A stretch of DNA of 64,000 nt from Candidatus Latescibacterota bacterium. GTDB lineage: Bacteria; Latescibacterota; UBA2968. The notes below the pieces were generated by a model. It was given only the letters and a program-made list of their open reading frames with translations, was not told the DNA's origin and did no database searches. Positions within the stretch are counted from its first letter, which is position 1, and each line of letters begins with the position of its first letter. Shown here in pieces: positions 28,887 to 37,289 of the stretch. Position numbers and translations under genes: made by a program. The DNA lies in contig OZ244960.1 of assembly GCA_965222605.1 (NCBI GenBank), forward strand, positions 1,632,001-1,696,000, given 5' to 3'.

Positions 28887-29726
28887 CTATGCGTCATTGA
28901 CCACCTGACCCAAATTGGCTTCCTCAGTCACCTGCGTATATACTTCTGTTTTTGAAACCTCCGAAATTGCGAAATCGAGAAAATCCATTGCCTCCTGTCT
29001 CGCATCCAATTCAATACCGTATTGCCACTCCTGAGCACTGCCTACCAAATTACGCCATCTCTCTCCATAGTTCTCCTTCACCCATGATGCAGCCATCTTC
29101 TTCGAGCCAACTACGGAGCAAATCACAGTATGCAATATTCGACACAGATTCAGGATAAAATACGATTCTTGGTGGCTATCCTTAAAATACTCCGAATTGG
29201 ATTTTTTGGGCACCCATTCCTGAAACAAATCGCGCACGCATGCTTTTCGCACATCCTCAATATCAACCGGGGGCGACAGCTTTTTAAAGCTCGGACCAAA
29301 TAGCGCGATGGAATGACCATAAAGAAAATATTTGTTGATTATCCATTCATTCCCATAAGGTGCCTCTGCATAAAGAGTACAATCACCACCCCAATACCAT
29401 GGTCGAGGCTCCGTTGGAGGCATAACGCCTGGGAGCATTTTAACAGGCGTGTAAGAACACTCTAACCGCCGCGCCCATTTCTCGAACTTCTCTTCCATCT
29501 CTCTGTGTAAACGCCCAATTGAATTGAGTTCGCATCGAGAAACAGGTCGATGCACAATCACAGTAATATCAATATCACTGCTATGGTAGTTAAACGCCCC
29601 ATAGGACAGCGAGCCAGTCAGATATATCCCGAGTACGTTTCCATCGAGAACGGGAATAACGCTTCTAACAAAAAAATCTATAATCTCGTTTACATCGGGA
29701 TATTTTGTAAGGTTGCTTGCAATCAT
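28887..29726 (-). CDS. Aminoglycoside adenylyltransferase-like nucleotidyltransferase (DUF4111-type C-terminus)
   Basis: GIYLTGSL..G.F...SDIDI Pol-beta motif; Y.ILNLCRILHT...SK..AA.W. Confidence 0.85.
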   Translation of the reverse strand: MIASNLTKYPDVNEIIDFFVRSVIPVLDGNVLGIYLTGSLSYGAFNYHSSDIDITVIVHRPVSRCELNSIGRLHREMEEKFEKWARRLECSYTPVKMLPGVMPPTEPRPWYWGGDCTLYAEAPYGNEWIINKYFLYGHSIALFGPSFKKLSPPVDIEDVRKACVRDLFQEWVPKKSNSEYFKDSHQESYFILNLCRILHTVICSVVGSKKMAASWVKENYGERWRNLVGSAQEWQYGIELDARQEAMDFLDFAISEVSKTEVYTQVTEEANLGQVVNDA

Positions 29727-29748
29727 TGAATTGTCTTCATCTATACTG

Positions 29749-30297
29749 TCACGCCAACTTGCGTTTCATGAATATGGCAACTTCACCCTCAACATCACGG
29801 TTGGTATAATAGGATAGATCCACACCATCGACTTCAAAACCGACACTGCGATAAAAGTCAATGGCTGGCACATTGGTATTTTGAGTCTCACAAACCAAAA
29901 TCCTCAACCCTTCAGCTTTGGCGATTTCTGCTACCTCCTCCATCAATTGCCTACCGACACCCTTTCTCCTATATGACGCAGCAACCCCAAATTCCCGGAT
30001 CCATAGACTCCTATTCCACTCTATCTTTTCCGAAATAGCGATACCCACAAGCTGACCAGCGTCGTAGGCTCCCAACGACAGACCACGATTGACAAGTTCG
30101 CTGTAGTTCCTGAAATCCTCATCTAACATTGACCAGCGTTTCACATAGGATTCATTCAGCTTTTGACGCTTCAGAATAAAGCAGAACTCATCAGCAGTCT
30201 CAGTCTTCGAGACATGGTATCTATCAGTTGAAACATAGCCATCCATTATTTGTAGATCTTCGCGCCGTAACTGCTTTAATTTTCTGATTTCGATCAT
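29749..30297 (-). CDS. Streptothricin acetyltransferase-like GNAT
   Basis: WNRSLWI..FGV...YRRKGVG, ETQNTNVPAIDFY..GF..DG.D...Y. Confidence 0.82.
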   Translation of the reverse strand: MIEIRKLKQLRREDLQIMDGYVSTDRYHVSKTETADEFCFILKRQKLNESYVKRWSMLDEDFRNYSELVNRGLSLGAYDAGQLVGIAISEKIEWNRSLWIREFGVAASYRRKGVGRQLMEEVAEIAKAEGLRILVCETQNTNVPAIDFYRSVGFEVDGVDLSYYTNRDVEGEVAIFMKRKLA

Positions 30298-30332
30298 GTA
30301 TTTCTAAGCTCTTTCGCCTAATATCCATAGGT

Positions 30333-31157
30333 TTATTTTGATCTATTATCTTCCAGCCAGCCGACCGTGAAATCCACGACATCACGCTGTGGCATGAACT
30401 GGCAACTCGCGAGACCAACCCTGCCCTGACGCACAACTTTCCCTGCATCCGACCGCAAAAAATCCTCACCTATGCGATCAAAATCCGAACTATCGATATC
30501 AACATCTTCAAAGGTAGCCCAGGTCCTTGAACCCGACGCAGAGATCGGAGCGCCCTCCTGCACAATGCGCCTGGTAGAAAAAGTCGCCCGATATTCCGCA
30601 AGGTGCATAGACGTATTGTTTCCAGGCCCCACACCGAGAAGAAGGACAAAACCGTGCAAATCGTAGATTCTCGCAAGCGGTGAATGCTCACCCATGCCAA
30701 AAGCCAACGAATGATCATTTACGACATACGACGCTTGAGGCCCACGCGCACAAAATGAGTCCAGCGGATGTGAACTACGAAGAACCCCTCTCTGCTTGCG
30801 AAATGTCTCCGCGATAATACCCATAGCACGAGTTGGCGTAAGATCTGGATCGTAAGCCGGCATATTCTCGCGTATTACCGGCCACCACGACTCGGGGACG
30901 GGCGGACTTTCCCACTTGCTCGGCTCGCTCAGACCGGATGAGTGCGCGGGCATTACAAGCGTTCCAGTAGATCCCAAAACTCTCTGAAGCGCGATAACAA
31001 CCGCCACAGATCCTCCGCACACCCATCCCATCGCACTCAAAGACGAATGCACCAACACGACCATCCCCGGTCCAACGCCAAGCGCACTAAGATCCGTCTG
31101 CAACGATTCAATCGTAGCGGGCGTTTTTGTTTTTTGAACAACCTTGTCTTCACTCAT
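30333..31157 (-). CDS. AAC(3)/YokD-family N-acetyltransferase
   Basis: VLVHSSLSAMGWVCGG, GTLVMP, MGIIAETFR, RSSHP..SF, SPLARIY, NTSMHLAE. Confidence 0.93.
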   Translation of the reverse strand: MSEDKVVQKTKTPATIESLQTDLSALGVGPGMVVLVHSSLSAMGWVCGGSVAVVIALQRVLGSTGTLVMPAHSSGLSEPSKWESPPVPESWWPVIRENMPAYDPDLTPTRAMGIIAETFRKQRGVLRSSHPLDSFCARGPQASYVVNDHSLAFGMGEHSPLARIYDLHGFVLLLGVGPGNNTSMHLAEYRATFSTRRIVQEGAPISASGSRTWATFEDVDIDSSDFDRIGEDFLRSDAGKVVRQGRVGLASCQFMPQRDVVDFTVGWLEDNRSK

Positions 31158-31167
31158 TATACGTCAC

Positions 31168-31512
31168 CTATTTCGCTGCAATCGCGACCATCTCCACAAG
31201 CGTCTCTCCCTCCAGCTTAACCTCCACACAGGCGCGCTGAGGCCAATTGTCGGCACCAATCCATGTGTCCCAAACCGCGTTGAGGACGGGTTTCTTTGAC
31301 ATATCTGTGATATAAATCGTGACGGAAAGAAGACAAGACTTATCGGTCCCAGCCTCGGCGAGATTCGCGTCCAACTGTTCGAGTGCCTGTTGAGTCTGAC
31401 CCTTGAGGTCTGCGGACACATCCGGTGCGGTGACAACTGTATAGACGATGCCATTGTGCTCAACGGACTTGCTGCGGCCAAATGCCTTTCCCGGATATCG
31501 ATTGATGGCCAT
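31168..31512 (-). CDS. RidA/YjgF-family protein (YoaB-like)
   Basis: QT.Q.L..LD..L.EAGTDK, N.VWD.W....PQRACV. Confidence 0.9.
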   Translation of the reverse strand: MAINRYPGKAFGRSKSVEHNGIVYTVVTAPDVSADLKGQTQQALEQLDANLAEAGTDKSCLLSVTIYITDMSKKPVLNAVWDTWIGADNWPQRACVEVKLEGETLVEMVAIAAK

Positions 31513-31517
31513 AAATG

Positions 31518-31593
31518 CTCCAATAATAGATAGCGTTTTACGACAGAATTTTTACTAATCCTGTGACGATTCTATTAACAGGATGGTTTCTAT
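31518..31593 (-). promoter_or_regulatory. Conserved leader copy A (promoter-like boxes plus RBS)
   Basis: Minus strand ATAGAAACCAT-N8-TAGAATcGTCACAgGATTAG...GTAAAA..CTATCT..GGAG, ending 5 nt before the RidA ATG; homologous to 21543-21616. Confidence 0.7.
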
Positions 31594-31677
31594 GATACAC
31601 GCGATAAATTCTTCTGGAGGGGTTGGCGCGATTGGCGTAAGAGTCCGCGGATTGCCAAACGCAGACCGAAGGATGAA

Positions 31678-31707
31678 GGGAGGTTTGGGTGGGTTGGGTA
31701 AGGCGGG
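31678..31707 (+). other. Canonical G-quadruplex motif
   Basis: GGG-AGGTTT-GGG-T-GGG-TT-GGG-TAAGGC-GGG (five G3 runs). Confidence 0.6.
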
Positions 31708-31739
31708 AATTGGTGTATTAAACGCTGGTAGCCTCTTTC

Positions 31740-31814
31740 TCACTTTATCGGCTGGAGGCGGTCATAATCCTCAGCACGAGTTGAAAATTGAACACTTTGA
31801 GATTTCTGATTCAT
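31740..31814 (-). pseudogene. 5' stub of a class I SAM methyltransferase-like gene
   Basis: 24-codon MNQKSQSVQFSTRAEDYDRLQPIK*; F...A..YD is a common methyltransferase N-terminal pattern. Confidence 0.45.
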
Positions 31815-31897
31815 AGTATAATACCCTATCACTCCGTGTACAAAACATCGGAAAGACGAACTCTATTTCCTAAAGGCTATATTAATTGCATCTTCAC

Positions 31898-31984
31898 AAC
31901 TTGCAGAAAAGCGGTGTTGCTCAGGAGATGATATAACTGAAAGTATTCGATCTGGTCCGCCTCATCGTTGAGGTTGATCGTGTC
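31898..31984 (-). pseudogene. Internal fragment of a NUDIX paralog
   Basis: Gap-free 87-nt alignment to 27457-27543 with a 30-nt identical core (31938-31967 = 27497-27526; DEADQIEYF). Confidence 0.85.
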
Positions 31985-32004
31985 TCATGTTTTCGTCCCC
32001 ATGT

Positions 32005-32202
32005 TTAATCTGACTGGCGTACTTCCTCACGACCTTCATACACTGCCAATTCTTCATGTAGGCGTGCAATCATCTTGCGGATACCTGCCTTAGTGAACCC
32101 TTTAGAGCCAATCGGGTGGCTTTTCTGTAACCGCGCCAATCGTTCTTCAAGATGACGAATCTCTTCTTGAGCCTTTTGATATTCTGTCAGGTTAGCAATC
32201 AT
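32005..32202 (-). CDS. Small helical hypothetical protein coupled to a DUF6932-like gene
   Basis: 65-aa ORF with ATGA overlap to the upstream gene; amphipathic helices. Confidence 0.75.
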   Translation of the reverse strand: MIANLTEYQKAQEEIRHLEERLARLQKSHPIGSKGFTKAGIRKMIARLHEELAVYEGREEVRQSD

Positions 32203-32627
32203 AATTCAATCTCCACAAGTCCTTTGAGACGTCCGTCAACTTCGCGAGTACGGCTGAAGAACGCGACCCAATCATCCCAATCCGTTTCATCTTCGGCTGC
32301 GAATATTTCTTCAGGATGGCGTGTTAGGAGCATGTCTTCGAGTTCAAGGGCAGCTTCAATACCTTTTTTGATTTGGTGCTCAAAATCGGGTGGAAGCCAA
32401 ATAACAGCATCAATGTCATTGGGCTCATCTTTTGCTGTGACAAAACTCCCATCAATCAACAGCCGAATCGCTCCAACTTGTCTGGCGATTACCACCCAGC
32501 GTCTCATCCTGAGAACCAAATACCTGCGCCTCCGGTTCAGTGTTCCGAATCGGAAGGTGGCTTGTGCTTCCGTAGCGAAATGCAATCCTTCGGGCAAGTA
32601 ACCGTCAGATCGAAATTTTGGGATCAT
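32199..32627 (-). CDS. DUF6932-like protein (minimal nucleotidyltransferase-like)
   Basis: MIP.F..DG.LP.G.H and IDGSFVT.K.EPNDID motifs. Confidence 0.78.
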   Translation of the reverse strand: MIPKFRSDGYLPEGLHFATEAQATFRFGTLNRRRRYLVLRMRRWVVIARQVGAIRLLIDGSFVTAKDEPNDIDAVIWLPPDFEHQIKKGIEAALELEDMLLTRHPEEIFAAEDETDWDDWVAFFSRTREVDGRLKGLVEIEL

Positions 32628-32645
32628 CTGTTTCCATTGGAAGTT

Positions 32646-32804
32646 TCAGGTGGTTTCATTGACTTCGAGATATTCCTGTATGGCTATCTCAATATTTGCA
32701 ATTGCCTCATCTTTCGTATCTCCTTGCGACCAACAGCCTGGCAAGCCAAGCACTGAAATACTATAACCATCTTCGGATTTGTAAAGGGCAATTTTGTATC
32801 TCAT
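32646..32804 (-). CDS. Short, probably truncated, orphan HicB-like antitoxin
   Basis: GYS.SV.GLPGCWSQGDT.DEA..NI..AI.EYL; 52 aa; RBS AAGGAGG; no hicA alongside. Confidence 0.75.
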   Translation of the reverse strand: MRYKIALYKSEDGYSISVLGLPGCWSQGDTKDEAIANIEIAIQEYLEVNETT

Positions 32805-34135
32805 TAGAACCTCCTTATAGAAGTTATGTTTGTGTTGACACAAACAGCATCATTGATAACATCAAGCACCGCTTTCACCTCACACCACGGAACCTCATGG
32901 GGCAACCTATCCGACAGAGCGGCTTTAGCCGCACAAACGCCAGCAGCCTGTCCCATTGCCACGGCGTTTCCAGTCACCCGGTAGCTCGAATGCGCTATAA
33001 AATCACCACTAATACAACGCCCTGCCATCAGCAAGCCATCGACATCCCGCGCGATCAGCGCCCTGAGTGGGATATCATAGGGCTGTGACCGGTGCGGCTT
33101 GGCCTCTACAATCTTTGTTTTCTTTGGGTCAGTCGAATGTACATCAATCCCCATCGTGACCCGGCAGACTGCATCCTCAAACCGCGCACCCCGCAGAAGA
33201 TCCTCCCCCGTCACCTCATACCGTCCGTGAATCCGCCGTCCCTCCCGAATGCCAATCTGCGCGCCCGTTGACACCACGCGCATATCCGACCACACATCGC
33301 CGTACGCCCGCAAAGCAGCCACCTGTGTATGAACCTCTCGACGTGCGCGGATCATCGCCTCTGTAATCGCATTGGCATCATCGCATTTCACGCCATATTG
33401 GTGATTCGCCATCAGCGCGAACAGATTATCCCTGATGCGAAATAATGTCGGGTGACCATACGAAGGCGAAACACCGATCTCGTCCATCAGCGCGAACAGC
33501 CGCTGCTTCGGCTCTGCCATAGACCCACCTACGTAGGGTTCAATCTGATCGAACTGCAACCCCGTAATCAGCGCCATCAGACTCATCGGCTGGACATCCC
33601 CGGTCTCCGGATGACCGACATCAAACCCACATCCGCAAAGCGCCCCCAGATCACCGTCGCCAGTTGTGTCGATAAAAGCCTTCGCATGCCATGCCTCTCG
33701 CCCGCTTTTGGACTCTGTAATCACGACTGAAAGCCTGTTCTCGCTATCCCGCGCTGCCCCGACCACGCGCGTCAACAGCCGAATCTCAACACCCGCCTCG
33801 ACACACATCTCGTCGAGAAGCAACTTCATCTCTTCGACATCATACGCGTAGTTCTTTCCGCCCTGAGCGCGAAGCCTGCGCGCATCTCGCGCGTCGAGCC
33901 GAGACGTGATCTCCGCCATAATGCCGGGCTTGTCTGCCGAATCGATAATCCAACTCAACGCACCCGTCGTCCACACACCCCCCAGGCTACCGTGCAACTC
34001 AATCAGCCGCGTCCTGGCACCCTGCCGCGCACACGCGATCGCAGCGGCAATACCAGCCGGACCACCTCCACAAACCACCACATCCACGTTTTCCACAATC
34101 GGAATGTCTCTTTTTTCTTCTCTATGAGTCAACAC
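32804..34135 (-). CDS. FAD-dependent oxidoreductase
   Basis: DVVVCGGGPAG, FIDTTGDGDLG, IGIREGRRIHG, PYDIPLRAL, AGRCISGD; RBS AGGAG before GTG. Confidence 0.9.
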   Translation of the reverse strand: MLTHREEKRDIPIVENVDVVVCGGGPAGIAAAIACARQGARTRLIELHGSLGGVWTTGALSWIIDSADKPGIMAEITSRLDARDARRLRAQGGKNYAYDVEEMKLLLDEMCVEAGVEIRLLTRVVGAARDSENRLSVVITESKSGREAWHAKAFIDTTGDGDLGALCGCGFDVGHPETGDVQPMSLMALITGLQFDQIEPYVGGSMAEPKQRLFALMDEIGVSPSYGHPTLFRIRDNLFALMANHQYGVKCDDANAITEAMIRARREVHTQVAALRAYGDVWSDMRVVSTGAQIGIREGRRIHGRYEVTGEDLLRGARFEDAVCRVTMGIDVHSTDPKKTKIVEAKPHRSQPYDIPLRALIARDVDGLLMAGRCISGDFIAHSSYRVTGNAVAMGQAAGVCAAKAALSDRLPHEVPWCEVKAVLDVINDAVCVNTNITSIRRF

Positions 34136-34181
34136 GGCCTCTCCTTGACATTCGACATTAGGCACATGCCCAGCCTCCCAT

Positions 34182-36104
34182 TCAGCTACAGTACCTCTCC
34201 AACCACGACAACATCCTATCGAGATATTCCTCGTGCAGTGCCGGGTGGCCGCTCTTCCTGAACCCGTGAGACGATTTCGGAAAGCGCACAAACTCCACCG
34301 TCTTGCCCCGTCGCTTCAGCGCGACAAAAAACTGCTCGGCCTGCTCGATTGGACAGCGGTAATCCTCCTCGCCATGCATCAGCAAAACCGGCGTCTGCAC
34401 CTCAGATACATACGTCAACGGCGATCGCTCCACGAGCGCTTCCACATTCTCCAGAACCGAACCTCCCCACTGATTCTCTCCAAACGACACCCCGATATCC
34501 GACGTACCGTACATACTGTGCAAATTAATACACGGAGCGCCGATCACCGCTGCCTTGAACCGATGATCGTGCCCGACGATCCAGCTACTCATAAAACCGC
34601 CATAGCTGTAGCCGTGAACCCCCAACCGGTCCGCATCCACATAATGCCGCTCGCACAGCAAGTCAACCCCTGCCATCAGATCCAGAAAATCTTCCCCGCC
34701 CCAGTCCCCCAGCACCGCCTTCAGAAAATCTGGCCCGTAAGACGACGACCCCCTCGGATTCACAGCCAGCACAATATATCCCGCGCCCGCCAGAATCTGA
34801 TGTGTGACATCGTACGAATCCGAGAAACGGCCATTTGGTCCGCCGTGAATATCCAACACCAACGGATATGACCTCGCCTCATCAAAATCCTGGGGAAACA
34901 GCACCCGCGCCTGAATCGTCTCGCCCCCCCGCTCAAACACCAGCTTCTCCACACGCGCACCGGGATGAGCCTCCAAAAACTTAGCGTTCACAGCCGTCAC
35001 CGCGCGTTGACGCTTCGCATCCACATCCATCACCACCACATCGCCCGGACAGACAGGCGAAGTCATCACCATAGCGACACACGCGCCCGCGCGGTCAACC
35101 GACAAACCCGTACAAACCTGACCACCCCCATCCACAAACTCGGTCTGCAAAGAAGAGTTATCGGGATTCACCCGACACAAAAACGACTCCCCCGCCCTGT
35201 CACCGATAAACAATATCCCACCCCTCGGCGTCCAGCACCGCGGCGCAAGAGGTTGCACAACCGTATAAACATCACCCGCCACGCACACCGGCGCCTCGTC
35301 TTCCTCGAGCACAAACAGCCACGACTGCCTTGAATCCCACACATCCGCGTCATGCGACCCCGCAACCACCAACCGCATTCCATCCGGCGACCACGCCACA
35401 CACTCCGCGCGGCTCAACCCCCGCGACCAGCACCGCGACCTCCCGCCCGCCTTTTCCATCACATGGACCTCTGAACCCCGCACAAAATCGCGCCCCTCAA
35501 CGCAATCTGTCACAAATGCAATACGACTCCCATCCGGCGACCACGCCGGCGCCTCGTGATTGCCTTCCTCCTCCGTAATCTGCTCCGCCTCGCCCGTTAC
35601 AGCATCCACCAGAAACAATTGCGAAAATGCATCGCCTCGCCAGCCATCCCCGTCATCGCGATACCGCACGCGACGGGCGACCTGCGTCCTTGGCACCTTC
35701 TCCTCGCCTTCTTCCACGCGATCTGGATCCACACGCGACACAACGACAAACTCCGAACCATCTGGCGACCACGCCATGTCTCTCACACCATCGGGAAGCG
35801 TCGTCACCTGTCTCGTATCCCCGCCATCAACCGGCATCACCCAGACCTGCTTCTTATCATCCTCTCCCGAACGCAAAAAAGCCAGGGTCTTCCCATCTGC
35901 CGAGAGCCTGGGTGCCGTATCCCCGGTCGCCATATCCACAGCATCCTCATCCGCAAGCGACTGCACCACAATCCGCGACTCTCGCTTCATCGTCTCCTTG
36001 TTGATCTCCTGCCGCACGAAAACCACAGCCGACCCATCCGCCGCGATCTCCACTGCAGATACTTCGATCAAATTGTATGTATGCTCGGGTTTAATTGGCG
36101 ACAT
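34182..36104 (-). CDS. S9 acylaminoacyl peptidase
   Basis: WSPDG repeats, IHGGP, NPRGS, GYSYGG, HGEEDYRC, SHG. Confidence 0.93.
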   Translation of the reverse strand: MSPIKPEHTYNLIEVSAVEIAADGSAVVFVRQEINKETMKRESRIVVQSLADEDAVDMATGDTAPRLSADGKTLAFLRSGEDDKKQVWVMPVDGGDTRQVTTLPDGVRDMAWSPDGSEFVVVSRVDPDRVEEGEEKVPRTQVARRVRYRDDGDGWRGDAFSQLFLVDAVTGEAEQITEEEGNHEAPAWSPDGSRIAFVTDCVEGRDFVRGSEVHVMEKAGGRSRCWSRGLSRAECVAWSPDGMRLVVAGSHDADVWDSRQSWLFVLEEDEAPVCVAGDVYTVVQPLAPRCWTPRGGILFIGDRAGESFLCRVNPDNSSLQTEFVDGGGQVCTGLSVDRAGACVAMVMTSPVCPGDVVVMDVDAKRQRAVTAVNAKFLEAHPGARVEKLVFERGGETIQARVLFPQDFDEARSYPLVLDIHGGPNGRFSDSYDVTHQILAGAGYIVLAVNPRGSSSYGPDFLKAVLGDWGGEDFLDLMAGVDLLCERHYVDADRLGVHGYSYGGFMSSWIVGHDHRFKAAVIGAPCINLHSMYGTSDIGVSFGENQWGGSVLENVEALVERSPLTYVSEVQTPVLLMHGEEDYRCPIEQAEQFFVALKRRGKTVEFVRFPKSSHGFRKSGHPALHEEYLDRMLSWLERYCS

Positions 36105-36106
36105 AT

Positions 36107-37252
36107 CTATCTCCCACGCGACGTATAAACGCGACCGCCCTTGATGACCGCAACCGGCACCAGATTCCGCCGACCTGTCCGAACTTCTCCGCGCGAATCC
36201 TCAAGCCGAAACTCTCCTTCTCGCAACTCAAACACGACGGCATCTCCAAACGCCCCCTTCGCCAGCGTCCCCACCTCGCCCTTCATTCCAATGACCTCGG
36301 ACGGCACAGAAGTCACGCGCGAGATCGCCTCTTCCATCGACAGACCCAGGTGCAGAAACTTTGTCACTACAGATGCAAGATCGTAAACAGGACCATTTAC
36401 ATTGTAAATATGCAGATCCGATGAAATCGTATTTGGCAGAACATCCTGCGACATCGCCGCCTCGACAATCTCCCACGAAAAAGACCCCGCCCCGTGTCCC
36501 ACATCGAACACAACGCCCCGCTCAATCGCGTCCAGAACCGAATCGCGGATGCGGCCTTCGCCATCGAGAATCCCGCACGGAAAATCGTGAAAACAATGCG
36601 TTAAAATATCTCCGCCTTTCATCACCTTCAAAATATCGTCAATCGAATCGCACCACGCATCCTGCGGATGCACCATAATGGGCAACCCAGCCGCGTCTGC
36701 CGCCTCTCTCGCTCTGTGTAGAGGCAACATCCCGGACCGCTCGCTGACGATGCTATTCCTCGTCAATCGGACCTTCACCCCGAGAACAATGTCGCGGTGC
36801 TGTTCAATCATACGGCACGCCTTATCGACATCCGCGTATTCGGGAATCTCGAACTCGCCAATCTCAGCAGTCAGCATACCCTGCGACGAGATATTCATCT
36901 GCGCCAGAATCCGCGTCTCACTCACATCGATCACGTACTTTCGGAATCCCGGAAAAATGTCTGCGCCAGCAGATCCCGCATCGACCACAGTCGTCGCGCC
37001 TCGGGCAAGACATGTGGGATCGGGTTCGATGCCGAAATGGCTGACGCCGGCAAACACATGGACGTGAATATCGATCAACCCCGGCGTCACCACACAACCC
37101 GTCGCGTCAATCACCTCGCGGGCATCGCCCTTATCCAGATCTTCCCCAACAGCAGCAACCCTGCCCTCCGCGAACGCCACATCCCGCACGCCGCTGAGAC
37201 CTTCTGCCGGATCGACCAGCGTCCCTCCCTTGATGAGCAAATCGTACCTCAT
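36107..37252 (-). CDS. Amidohydrolase / dihydroorotase-like metallohydrolase
   Basis: PGLIDIHVH, TTVVDAGSAG, GDILTHCFH, FDVGHGAGSF, ISSDLH. Confidence 0.92.
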   Translation of the reverse strand: MRYDLLIKGGTLVDPAEGLSGVRDVAFAEGRVAAVGEDLDKGDAREVIDATGCVVTPGLIDIHVHVFAGVSHFGIEPDPTCLARGATTVVDAGSAGADIFPGFRKYVIDVSETRILAQMNISSQGMLTAEIGEFEIPEYADVDKACRMIEQHRDIVLGVKVRLTRNSIVSERSGMLPLHRAREAADAAGLPIMVHPQDAWCDSIDDILKVMKGGDILTHCFHDFPCGILDGEGRIRDSVLDAIERGVVFDVGHGAGSFSWEIVEAAMSQDVLPNTISSDLHIYNVNGPVYDLASVVTKFLHLGLSMEEAISRVTSVPSEVIGMKGEVGTLAKGAFGDAVVFELREGEFRLEDSRGEVRTGRRNLVPVAVIKGGRVYTSRGR

Positions 37253-37289
37253 CGCAAACTCCCTTCTCTTGAGAACTGTCCTACTACAC

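Noticed and set aside
31555-31816. Pro-rich and Gly-rich ORFs at 31555-31743 (-) and 31583-31816 (+)
   Set aside because: Their composition simply reflects the G-rich tract, and they overlap the conserved leader; likely non-coding.
18626-32804. Classical integron/CALIN with attC sites
   Set aside because: Most spacers are too short or overlapping, and I found no recurring RYYYAAC...GTTRRRY palindromes and no intI.
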